NCBI GenBank assembly: GCA_965113315.1
Contig: OZ220367.1
Length of the DNA: 64,000 nt
Source of the DNA: Podarcis vaucheri
Taxonomy: Eukaryota
Strand: one strand, 5' to 3'
Shown here: piece after piece, positions 12,891 to 23,972 of the stretch
How positions within the stretch are numbered: position 1 is the stretch's first letter
Layout of the letters: each line of letters begins with the position of its first letter
Made by a program: the position numbers and the translations under genes
The notes under the pieces: model-generated
What the model was told of the DNA's origin: nothing
The model's database searches: none
The model's input: only the letters and a program-made list of their open reading frames with translations

Positions 12891-13610
12891 GCAGGTTCTT
12901 AGCTTGGAGGTACTCCTGGATCCTTTGCTGTTGCTCGAGGCTCAGGTGGCCTCAGTGGCCCATAGTGCCTTCCATCAGCTTCGGCTGGTGGCCCAGCTAC
13001 GCCCTTATCTGGACATGGATAGCGTAGCTACTGTTGTCTATGCTCTGGTAACCTCAAGGATCGATTACTGCAATGTGTTATTTGTAGGGTTGCCACTGAA
13101 GACGGTTCGGAAACTTCAGCTAGTGCAGAATTCAGCAGCCAGGTTGCTCACCAGGGCAAGATGGTTTGAGCATATTACACTGATCCTGTTCTGACTGCAC
13201 TGGCTACCAGTTAGTTTCCAGGCCCAATTCAAAGTGCTGGTTTTGACCTATAAAACCTTAAATGGCTCAGGACCGCAATACCTCAAGGACCGCCTCTTCC
13301 CATATGAACTTACCCGGACCCTGAGATCATCTTCTGAGGCTCTTCCTTGTGTGCATCCTCAAGATGTCCAACACAAGGAAGGGTCTTCTCTGCAGTGGCT
13401 CCCCGTCTGTGGAATGCTCTCCCCAGGGAAGTTCGCCTGGTGCCTTCATTATACACCTTTAGGCAAAAACGTTCCTTTTTAACCAAGCCTTTGGTTGATT
13501 TGATTGACATCTTATGCACTTTTAAAATGTGGGGTTTTTGGGGGGGGGTTATTGGGTTGTTGTTTTTATTTTATTTTTATTCAATAAATGAATAATAATA
13601 ATAATAATAA
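12891..13610 (+). mobile_element. L2 LINE 3' fragment (ORF2 C-terminus)
   Basis: Encodes QLRLVAQLRPYL...ALVTSRIDYCN...KLQLVQNSAARLLT...HIT..LHWLP; (AAT)n tail. Confidence 0.9.
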
Positions 13611-13789
13611 GGACCTCAGATAATAATAACAGAGTCCGGGTTGATTGATATGCGGAGGGGTGTTCCTCAAGCTATTGAGGGCTTGAGCCTGTTAAGGCTT
13701 TATAAGTCAAAACCAGCACTTTGACTTAGGCCCAGAAACGAATTGGCAGCCCATGCAGTTGGGCCAGGCAGAGGAGATTCTGCCACCAC

Positions 13790-14340
13790 CTGTGGGGGCT
13801 GGCTGTGTGTCATTTTGCCAGGAGCCTGCGGCAATCTGGAGCCATCCCTGGGTCAAATTCATGGGAGATAGGTCTACCAAATTGAGGTTATGTGGAACTT
13901 CAACCTTCAGAGGCACTTTCCCTCTGAATACCATTTGTTCGGGATCACAGTCAGGGAGGGCTATAGCATTTATGCTCCCAATTCCCCTCCTCCCCCGGTT
14001 CCTTCTCAAGCAATCTGAGGCTCCATCATCTCATCTGTCTTTGCTCCACCCTCTTCATACCGCTTCAGGTTCTGGGAGACTGAGGGGAGGAGAGCTGATC
14101 GCAGTAGAGTGGGGGACAGCCTGGCTTCCTCACCAGCCTGACTCATCACTGCCTCTTGCATCCTCTCCTTTCCAGCCTCCTCTTCTACCTCTGGTTCTAG
14201 ACTCTTCCTGCTCACTGAACCCTGTTACCTCTTCAGCTTCCGACACTTCCTGCTCTCAATCTGCTCCCTCTTCTCCCTCTGACCATTCGTCGCCTTCGCA
14301 CCACCAATCCCCTGGCCCTGAGCATCCAGCCAGCCCATGC
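13790..14340 (-). mobile_element. Degenerate LTR-like repeat fragment
   Basis: The minus strand has the same GA-rich (GAGGAAGAG) composition as the 6163 element; termini are not clean. Confidence 0.3.
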
Positions 14341-14409
14341 CAGCAGGTTTCTCAGAAGCATCAGGATAGCCACTGAAAAACAAGATGATCTCAAGTGTTA
14401 TATAAATTA

Positions 14410-14620
14410 CAGTGGTACCTCGGGTTACAGACTCTGCTAACCCAGAAATAGTGCTTCAGGTTAAGAACTTTGCTTCAGGATGAGAACAGAAATCATGCTC
14501 CAGCGGCATGGCGGCAGCAGGAGGCCCCCATTAGCTAAAGTGGTGCTTCAGGTTAAGAACAGTTTCAGGTTAAGAACGGACCTCCGGAACGAATTAAGTA
14601 CTTAACCCGAGGTACCAATG
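14410..14620. mobile_element. MITE family A
   Basis: Same TIRs, TA TSD. Confidence 0.9.
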
Positions 14621-14654
14621 TAAGCTGCTCTTGTTGCTTTTATCCAACCCTGTA

Positions 14655-14879
14655 CAGTGGTACCTCGGGTTACATACACTTCAGGTTACATACGCTTCAG
14701 GTTACAGACTCCGCTAACCCAGAAATATTACCTCGGGTTAAGAACTTTGCTTCAGGGTGAGAACAGAAATCGTGCAGCGGTGGCACAGCGGCAGCAGGAA
14801 GCCCCATTTAGCTAAAGTGGTGCTTCAGGTGAAGAACAGACCTCCAGAACGAATTAAGTTCTTAACCACTGTACCACTG
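14655..14879. mobile_element. MITE family A
   Basis: Same TIRs, TA TSD; only 34 bp from the previous copy. Confidence 0.9.
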
Positions 14880-16582
14880 TATTGGTTTCCTTATATTGTA
14901 AAAGGAACGTCATTTTGCAGCCTCAGGGTAATGGCTGAAAGGTCCTGTTTTGTACACACATGCACCAGCGGCTCCAATCTGCCTAATATACATGCTAGGG
15001 CAAGTCAGAAAAGGAGATGCACATATGGAATCATAACTTAGCAAGCACCTTCAAACTCAAAGCACTCAAAGAGAATGCATATCTGACCTCTAAACTAAAA
15101 AATCTTCATAAACAATATTGGTGTTTTGCAAATTGGTTCCCGGTAACAGTTTGCCCTGTGGTAATTCTAATGGCTGCTTTGCTGCCACAGTCTTATTCAA
15201 TCTTCATCTTTTATTAATTTGCTAAATGGTTTGTTCAGAATACAGGCTAAGAAGCAAGAACATTTGCAGTATGCAAAGAGCCCTTCATTCTGTAGCCAAA
15301 CAAGCATAATGGGATTGTGTAATGCCCATTTTAAGACTGGGACAGACTGGTCAGATCTTGCTAGCTGTTGCGCTTGTTCATCAGTTAGAAATACAATAGT
15401 GTCCTTATTCTTTTCAAAAAGGTAAGAGAATGTTTGCAGCTGTATTGACTGACATCCAGTCTCACCTAACCTTTGCTTGGTACGAGCAGGGGGAAATGGC
15501 AGTGGGAAACGTTATAAAATTTGTCAGCAGTTAATCAGGGTGATGTCATTTACTTATAAATCTAAAATGGGTAGAAAAAGAGCTCTGTGGGGATTCCTCT
15601 GTTGAAATAATGCCTTCCTAATGGGGTAGGGTACAATCCTAAACTGGATTACATTTTATTTCATAGAGGCCAGATTTATTTATTTTTTAACTTGTTTTAG
15701 AATTCCACCCCTCTCAATGTTCTTGAAGATGTTTTGAGACAATTACGTAATTTTGTGAGTTTGCCTGACTGTGCCTGAGTGTGGCACAATCGGAAGTAAT
15801 GTATGGATGAGTCCCTCATTAACTTAAGCTTTTCATTTACTTTACAGAAACAGGAAATGCAAAAGGATGGTGTGAGCATCACTTGTGAAAGAAAGCGAGG
15901 TACTGATTTGATTGGGGGAAATTGTATGAGGATTGTATGGGGAAAATAATATCCCTCCCATATTATAAACTGTGCTGTAGTCATAACCACCATCTAAAAT
16001 TTATTTTCATGGACTGTTCCCCATTAGTCAATGGCATATCCAGGTAATTATAGTTTTATGATAATGCACATTTTGGCTGTGATCCTGCAAATAGACTCAT
16101 GATGCATGAAGCCAATTATGAGAGATTTACAAGGCCCTGTCAGTAAAAAAACGATATTCCCACCGTATTCTGCAGTAGACCAAGGCATGAAATGCCTCTC
16201 CATTATTTAACTGAAAACCAATAGCAATATTCATTATACTCTGTTGCACAACCTAAGTGCATCTAAACATTTTTTTCTGGATTAGGTAAAGAAAAATAGG
16301 AATTATTTGAACGCTTTTTACAGTCACAATAATATTTCCTTTCTACTATTGTAAAATTTGTCATTGTTCCTTTCAAATAATGGGATACTTCCTTACAGGA
16401 AGATCTTGAGACTAACAGATAATTAGAAACCATTTATGCCAAACCATGAATGGATTTTCTGACATCCCAAGGCACAATAAACTTTGAAGCTTTCCAAAGT
16501 GTTACTTGATTTATAGCTTGATTTATAATGGGCCATGATAGTTGCCTTTGTGAGTTACAGGTTTAATATTAGTCATTTCTAT

Positions 16583-16952
16583 TGTTATGTACTGAGTTGA
16601 ATAGGATCCAAACTGCAGCAGTCTGATTAGTCCTAGAACAATAGGATCCAAATTGCAGCAGTCTGATTGGTCCTAGAACCATAGGATTCAGAATGCAGCA
16701 GTCTGATTGGTCCTAGAACAATGCAGCAGTATGATTGGTTGGCAGGAACCACCCAATCATGCTCCAGATATAAGTGAATCCACAACCTGATTGGCTTACA
16801 GTAGAATTCCAGAATTAGCCAATCATGTGCAGCCCATTGTGTAAATAATGTATATAAAGCAGATACTTTGAGGGGACATTCATTCATTCCTCCTCACCAC
16901 TATGAGCTGAATAAAGAGCATGAAATCACTTTGCGACCCTGAGTATATTTCA
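16583..16952 (+). mobile_element. Solo LTR (370 bp)
   Basis: TG...CA termini, perfect 5-bp TSD TCTAT (16578-16582 / 16953-16957), ~40-bp tandem U3 repeats, TATATAAA at 16851, AATAAA at 16910. Confidence 0.88.
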
Positions 16953-17189
16953 TCTATGCAGCAGTATTTCCTTCTGAGTCAACATGTATGGGCTTAGGCT
17001 GCATGTGGAACTGTTTGGTCTGATTCACACATGCAAGTACAAAACTTGATCTCTCAGGATTACTCCATACTTGACTGAGACTCAGATGAATGTGTGAACA
17101 CTCTCATTGAAAAATACTGAACTTTGGGTGATATTAAAATTATACTCATGATAGTTAATTTTGGGTTCTAAATAAGTACTTGTCTTACA

Positions 17190-17560
17190 GGTAAAAGGTA
17201 GAGGTAAAAGACTCCTTGGTGGTTAAGTCCAGTCAAAGGTGACTATGGGTTGTGGCGCTCATTTTGCTTCAGGCTGAGGGAGCCAGCGTTTGTCCACAGA
17301 CAGCTTTCTGAGTCATGTGGTCAGCATGACTAAACTGCTTCTGTGTCGGAAGCCGGAGCGCATGGAAACGCCATTTGCCTTCCTGCCACAGCGGTACCTA
17401 TTTATCTACTTGCACTGGTGTGCTTTCAGACTGCTAGGTTGGTAGAAGCTGGGACAGAGCAACGGGGAGCTCACCCCATTGTGTGGATTCGAACTGCCGA
17501 TCTTCTGATCAGCAAGCCCAAGAGGCTCAGTGGTTTAAACCACAGCGCCACCCGCATCCC
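17190..17560 (-). mobile_element. Sauria SINE (older variant)
   Basis: Core TACCTATTTATCTACTTGCAC and AAAGGT tail on the plus strand. Confidence 0.9.
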
Positions 17561-17813
17561 CTCATGCTATAATCAGCTGATGAATCATATGCCCCAGAGC
17601 TGGCTAACAACATTTTTCTGCTTGGGGCAAATAGTTACACCCCCTCCAGTTCTACATATTGAAGCTTACCAGACTTGCAATTAAAACTTACTTCAGCATC
17701 GGTGATATGACAGCATCCTCTGCTGCATCCGAGGACAGCATGAAAGCTTAGTGGTGCCAGCCAATTCAATCCAATCCATGCAACACACACAGCTCTGTCC
17801 TCAGCATCTCACC

Positions 17814-18000
17814 CATAGAGTCAACTCCTAGGGGCCGAGGTCCCTTTGCCCCCACAATAAAATATTTTGGGGGGCTGCACCCCCCAAGTTGATGAGCATT
17901 GCCATTCAAATGGTGTGTGTGCACCGTGTCATGTGACTGATTATGTCAGGTGGGGCTTACCTGCCCCACCTCCAATATGTTATTCAAGTTGGCACCCCTG
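17814..18000. mobile_element. hAT-type MITE
   Basis: Ends CATAGAGTCAACT / AGTTGGCACCCCTG; 8-bp TSD ATCTCACC/GTCTCACC; relative at 62947. Confidence 0.75.
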
Positions 18001-18192
18001 GTCTCACCTTACACACTGTACCTGAAGTCTGCTTGCTGCCTGTCCGAACAAACAAGTGGTTGTAGGGTAGCCAAATGCAAAATAGGATGCAGCTCTGTTA
18101 CCTTTTCACCATCGTGCAAAGGAGGGAATTCCAGCAGGCACAGCTTTTCATGTCAATGTCTTCTCACATTTGGAGTTATTCCAAACTGACAG

Positions 18193-18375
18193 CATACCCT
18201 CCAACATTCCTCCAGTGAAAATAGGGACATCCTATTCCATACTCTCCAACATTTCTCCAATGAAAACAGGGACATCCTAAGGAAAAGTAGGGCATTCCGG
18301 GATCAAATCAGAAACCGGGACGGCTCCTCTATATCTGGGAATGTCCCTGGAATATAGGGACACTTGGAGGGTCTG
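18193..18375. mobile_element. DNA-transposon MITE (hAT-like) with a 6-bp flanking repeat
   Basis: TIR CATACCCTCCAA / TTGGAGGGTCTG; TGACAG on both sides; relative at 60554-60677. Confidence 0.7.
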
Positions 18376-19095
18376 TGACAGTCACCTATCACCAGGTTCA
18401 TGAAAACTACTCTTTCCTTCCTTTTATGAGTCAGGTTCCTTGCTTGCCATGAGTGGGTGTTCTTCTTTTCTCCAAGCAAAAGCTGCCAGTTTTGCCTTCT
18501 GTTGTGACCCAATGTCTGTTTGGAGTGGTGTGCAAAACAGACCGCTTCTTGATAAACGTACCAATCAATCCTAGAGTCAATGAGCCATTATGAGTTGAAA
18601 AGAAACATGGCCACCATTGATCATGTGAATCAGCCTTGATCAGTCATGTTGCCTATGCTGGTTTGATGAAGCAGGAACATTCTTGTTTGTTTTGCCAGCA
18701 TGTTCTCCTTCTAAAACTCGTGCAAAACCTAATTACGTTTCATTGCCCTATGGAGGGAGAAGAAAGCAAATAATATATAAGTTCAGACCTGCTTCCCTAC
18801 AACACTTGTTTTGATAGGTGCTGATTTGGATTTCATTTTGGAAGATAGCATATTACAGTGCTTAAGACATCACAGTGAATCAAAAGTCTCAGTTATTAAC
18901 ATTACTCATCAGGCTGTGTTTCCTCCCCCCCCCCCATCTTCATATTTTGTTGCAACATATAGGTGAAGGGGAACAGGGAAATGAAGCACAACAACTTGCT
19001 AATTGGGTGGTTCTTTGTAAACCCCATCTTTTTCTGACCACGTGCTTCTTCAGAATCTCAGACATACGCCTCCCTATATTGGTCAAGGTAGCACA

Positions 19096-19331
19096 TTGGA
19101 TTTGGATTTGATATCCCGCTTTATCACTACCCGAAGGAGTCTCAAAGCGGCTAACATTCTCCTTTCCCTTCCTCCCCCACAACAAACACTCTGTGAGGTG
19201 AGTGAGGCTGAGAGACTTCAGAGAAGTGTGACTGGCCCAAGGTCACCCAGCAGCTGCATGTGGAGGAGCGGGGAATCGAACCCGGTTCCCCAGATTACGA
19301 GTCCACCGCTCTGAACCACTACACCACACTG
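19096..19331 (-). mobile_element. tRNA-headed CORE-type SINE (Squam3/MIR-like)
   Basis: Near-identical reverse complement of 32568-32806. Confidence 0.85.
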
Positions 19332-19658
19332 CACACACACCCTTCTGTTCTAGGTTGCGTATTGTTGTTTGACTATTATTTATTTGAAAATATTTTAAAG
19401 CAATTTTACTGCAGAGCGTTTTGTTGCAGATTCCGTTTGGGACATAGCAGGCTTGACAGTGGCCATGGAGAAAGTGCTTAGCTGCAGCGTTGCTCCATGC
19501 AAATGGTCTTCTCTCTATCGCATGGGAGCACACAGTGTGAGGCGGTGCATTCATATGTAGAATGAGTATGCCAGCGGTTTCGGGTTCCCAATTGCTAGTG
19601 TGCTAACTTGTGTACATGGTAGGGTGTGTGTGGAATGTTTATAAGAGCCATAGGTCAG

Positions 19659-19840
19659 GGGGGAGGGCTGATGCTCAGTGGTGGAGCACAAGGTTTGCAT
19701 GCAAAAGGTTTACAGGTTCAGTCTTTAGCATTTCCAGGTAGAACTGGAAATGACTCCTCTCTGAAACCCCAGAGACCCACTGAGGCAATACTGGGCTTAA
19801 TAGATCAGTGCTCTGATTCACTATAAACAGATTCCTAGAC
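19659..19840 (+). mobile_element. Old tRNA-headed SINE (Squam2-like)
   Basis: GCTCAGTGGTGGAGCA A box, CAGGTTCAGTC B box, CTGAAACCC...GCAATACTG body. Confidence 0.6.
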
Positions 19841-20012
19841 TTGCTTGTTGTCCTTAGGCTGCAATCCTATGCACACTTTCCTGGAAGTAAGCTCCACTGA
19901 ATGCCAGTGGAACTTACTTCTGAGTATATATGCGCAGAGGTTTCCTCTGCAAGTAATTTTTCTTGTTTTTCATTGCCAGCATCTTGATGATCCAATGCTC
20001 TCCTCTATCCAA

Positions 20013-20412
20013 CCAATTCAAAGTGTTGGTGCTGACCTTTAAAGCTCTAAACGGCCTCGGTCCTGTATACCTGAAGGAGCATCTCCAACCCCCATCATCC
20101 AACCCAGACACTGAGGTCCAGCACCGAAGGCCTTCTGGCGGTTCCCTCATTGCAAGAAGTGAGATTACAGGGAAGCAGGCAGAGGGCCTTCTCGATAGTG
20201 GTGCCCACCCTGTGGAACGCCCTCCCAGCAGATGTCAAGGAAATAAGCAGCTATCTTCTTTTTAAAAGACATCTGAAGGCAGCCCTGTTTAGGGAAGTTT
20301 TTAATATTTAATGCTGTATTGTTTTTAACACTTCATTGGGAGCCGCCCAAAGTGGCTGGGGAAACTCAGCCAGATGGGCGGGGTATAAATAATAAATTAT
20401 TATTATTATTAT
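20013..20412 (+). mobile_element. L2 LINE 3' fragment
   Basis: QFKVLVLTFKALNGLGPVYLKE, conserved 3'UTR, (TTA)n tail. Confidence 0.9.
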
Positions 20413-20494
20413 CATCCTAGCCACCCACCTTCTACAATTAGTCACCTCTCAGGTGTTCAAATTCTCCCTTCCTATTTTGTGGTGTTGTTGTTAT

Positions 20495-20910
20495 CATAGA
20501 ATCACAGAACGTTACAGTTGGAAGGGACCCTGAGGGTCATCTAGTCCAAGGCAGGAATTTCAAGTAAAGAACCACCTCTGCTGTAAAAAAAATATCTAAT
20601 GAAGGAGAGTCCACCACTTCCTTTTGGGAGTCTGTTCCACTGTCAAACAGCTCTGACTGTTCTTCCTGAGCTGAGTTGGAATCTCCTGTAACTTGAATCC
20701 ATTGGTCTGAGGCCTACTCTCCAGAGTGGGAGAAAAATAGCTTGTTCCATCTTCCATGGGACAGCCAGTAGCCATTGATAGCCCGCTCGTCCATGAATTT
20801 GTCTAATCCTCTTTTTAAACCACCCAAGATGGTGGTCATCGCTACCTCCCGTGGGAGAGGTTTCCAAAGTTTCACTCTGCATTGTGTGAAGAAGGACTTC
20901 CCACCATCAG
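20495..20910 (-). mobile_element. CR1 LINE 3' fragments
   Basis: Plus strand CATAGAATCACAGAA..GTTGGAAGGGACC is the reverse complement of the CR1 tail; a second CR1-type piece starts at about 20760. Confidence 0.75.
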
Positions 20911-22307
20911 TCTTGTTGTTGGTGGTGTTTATTACCCGTACCAGGGCAGGTTACAATTTAAAATTCAGTATTTTTAAAAAGTGTTTATTACAGCCACAGG
21001 AACAGTCTGCGGTGTAGCCATTACGTGCATTTAGAGGATAATGTGACTGATGTTAAAAATTTAAAAGCCATGAGAGTTCCCACTTTTAAAGGAATCAGCA
21101 TTTACCAAAGCAATTTAGTGCTGGACTACTGAGCACACAAGCTGTGTAACTAAAACAAAAAACAAAAGAAGAAGAAGAAAACAGAAATAAGAGCAACAAG
21201 AGAAAACTCCTGTATTGCTTAACATTATTGCTTAAGCTGGTTTAACTAGGCTTACCACACACATAGTGTGTGTCAGTTCAAGAGCTGGCAAGTAAGAACT
21301 CCAACCATGCCGTTGATTTCGCTCATTCCAGGGAATCCAAGTCAGGTGACACATCTAGTACATCCATTTAGTGTGTTTTTACACAGCTCCAGTAGGGGAA
21401 CAGGGGGACAATGGAACCATCCATTTCAGTCGTTGCTGTTTTAAACAACTAGCCTACTATTGTTAACTGGGTTACAAGTTATGACAAGTAACCAGAGTCA
21501 TCCCTCTGGTATTCTTTGCAAAAACATCAATCCATTGCAGTAGCCTTAATCCAGCCTGCGGTGTGTGAGCAAAATATACACCGGGCAGAACTTGACATTG
21601 TGTTCACAGTGTCAAGAAATTAGGTCACAGAGGTTAAAATATAGGAGTTTTATGAGGAAGAGGAAGGACGAGGGTGTGATGAATGTAAAACATTTTGTTC
21701 TTGGCATAACATATAAAGCACAAACAATGCAGCATTACATAAGGTGCTAAAATAATCTTCGTTTCTTTTACTGCAGAATTAGGGGTAGTTCACTGAATCA
21801 GAAAATATAATCTACAAAAGAAGGATCATTCTAGGCAGGTTGAGTAAACACAGTAGAATAAAGTCCCTAAGTACAATGGTTGATCCCCAACTAAAGCATA
21901 GTCAGCATAAGTTCAGTGAGTTCAATGGGTTTACTCTGAATATGACTTACATAGGCTTTGGCCTATGTTTCTCAAACCAGTGGGAAAGGGAGGAAAGAGG
22001 AAACATGGAAAGCCAATGATTTTTCACATCCTATTGGTAATAGCATGCCTTATTTGTAATTGGCCTATAAACAGCAAAGGAGCAAGGTTTCTCCAAACCA
22101 GTTGCAACCTTATTGGGGCTTGCCTCCTGGAAAGTTGGACAGGGATCTCTTGCTATTAAAGGCAGCAGTTTTCAAGCTGGGAATGAAGCATTACATAGAA
22201 AAGGAATGTGCAAACCAGAGGGAGAAGAACTGAGTGTCTAAGCTGGCCAGACGGCAAACTCCACATGTACTGGCTGGGAAAGGTTTCACTGAGAGACCAG
22301 AGGCCAT

Positions 22308-22755
22308 TGGTGACTGGGAGTGGCCGCCGAGACCATATAACACCAGTCCCGAAAGACCTAGATTGGCTCCCAGTATGTTTCCGAGCACAGTTGTGCTGGT
22401 GCTGGTGCTGACCTTTAAAGCCCTAAACAGCCTCGGTCCTGTATACCTGAAGGGGCATCTCCACCCCCATCATTCAGCCTGGACACTGAGGTCCAGCTCC
22501 AAGGGCCTTCTGGTGGTTCCCTCATTGCGAGATGTGAGGTTACCAGGAACCTGGCAGAGGGCCTTCTCGATAGTGGCACCTGCCCTGTGTCATCATATGT
22601 CAAGGAAATAAACAACTATCTGAGTATTAGAAGACATCTGAAGGCAGCCCTGTTTAGGGAAGTTTTTAATGTTTGATGTTTTATCGTGCTTTTAATATTC
22701 TGTTGGGAGCCGCCCAGAGTGGCTGGGATATAAATAATAATTGTTGTTGTTGTTG
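22308..22755 (+). mobile_element. L2 LINE 3' fragment
   Basis: RRDHITPV...WLP...; same 3'UTR; (TTG)n tail. Confidence 0.9.
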
Positions 22756-23465
22756 CAATGAGAGGAGGAACAAGGAACACTATTCGGGTGTAATGTTCTG
22801 CACCCCCTCCGCTGAAGGCTTTAGGTGCAAATATGTGTAAAAGAAACCATGTTTCTTAAAGACATGACAGTCTTTGCCGCATCCTGATTCCCAACGGAAA
22901 CACAATCCCGGAACCCCCTGGAATCTTGCTAGATTCGGGGTGATGCACAACCTTTCTTAACACTGCTGTTTCATCACTTGACAAATCCATAAGGTATCAT
23001 CAGAGTGTTTCCTTCGAAGCTGGTGGCTTCCCCCACCCCAACCCCAGGTCTTGGATATTTGTTGTTGGCCTTAAAAATAAACACCAAGACATTCCTCCAC
23101 CCAGGAGTCAGTTTTTTTAACATTTGGCAAGACTGCTGCCTTAGTTTACCTCATTGTAGCCATGTTATTTTGCTACAGAGCAGCCTTCCCCAATCTGGTG
23201 CCTTCCCGCAGCTGAAGAGTTTTACATTAACTCCTGTTTTGATAACCTGTAGGAATTCTTTACTGTCAGTTGATGCTTTAGATGTAAAGAGAGGGCACTA
23301 GTTTCACAAACATTGGGAGGGGAATATTTCAAGGAATAATTCCCATTTACTTCTCATAGTCTCTCACCTTTCGTCATTTGTGAAAATTAATTGTGAAAGA
23401 AGAAAATTAAGCAATTTTATTTTATTTCATGAAAGGAATAATGGTGGGCTAATGTGAATTAATTA

Positions 23466-23972
23466 CCGTATTTTGTGCCCCATAAGACGCTCCGGCCCAT
23501 AGGACGCACCTAGTTTTTTGGGGGGGAAATAAAGGGAAAAAAATTATTTCCCCCCCCCAGGTGCGGGGCTGGAAGAACCAGGTCGGGGAACAGCAGGAAG
23601 GCACGCTCTGCCTCCCCGCTGTCCCCCGAGCTTGTGGGGCTGGCGATGGGGAGAAGTGCGCTGATCCCGGGACTGCAGGCAGCTCTGCGCCACCATCCAG
23701 AGTGGGGTGGGACTTCACGCCCCGCTCTGGATGGCGGTGCAGAGCTGCGCTGGTCCCGGGATTGCAGGCAGCTCTGCGCAACCCTCGGAGCCGGTCTCCC
23801 GAGGGTTGCGCAGAGCTTCCTGAAGCCTGGAGAGCGAGAGGGGTCGGTGCGCACCGACCCCCCTCGCTCTCCAGGCTTCAGCGAAAGCCTGCATTCGCCC
23901 CATAGGACGCAGGAACGTTTCCCCTTCATTTTTGGAGGGGGAAAAGTGCGTCTTATGGGGCGAAAAATACGG
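23466..23972. mobile_element. Tc1/mariner (Tc2-like) MITE, family B
   Basis: TA|CCGTATTTT..CCCCATAAGACGC ... GCGTCTTATGGGGCGAAAAATACGG|TA. Confidence 0.88.

Noticed and set aside
12766-13194. 142-aa ORF (also 52437-52895 and 30291-30578) as host genes
   Set aside because: Truncated L2 ORF2 remnants with stops and frameshifts.
13753-14376. 207-aa Ser/Pro-rich ORF
   Set aside because: Antisense reading of a purine-rich repeat fragment; no recognisable domain.
16595-16745. CRISPR-like array
   Set aside because: Eukaryotic DNA; these are spacer-less tandem repeats inside an LTR.
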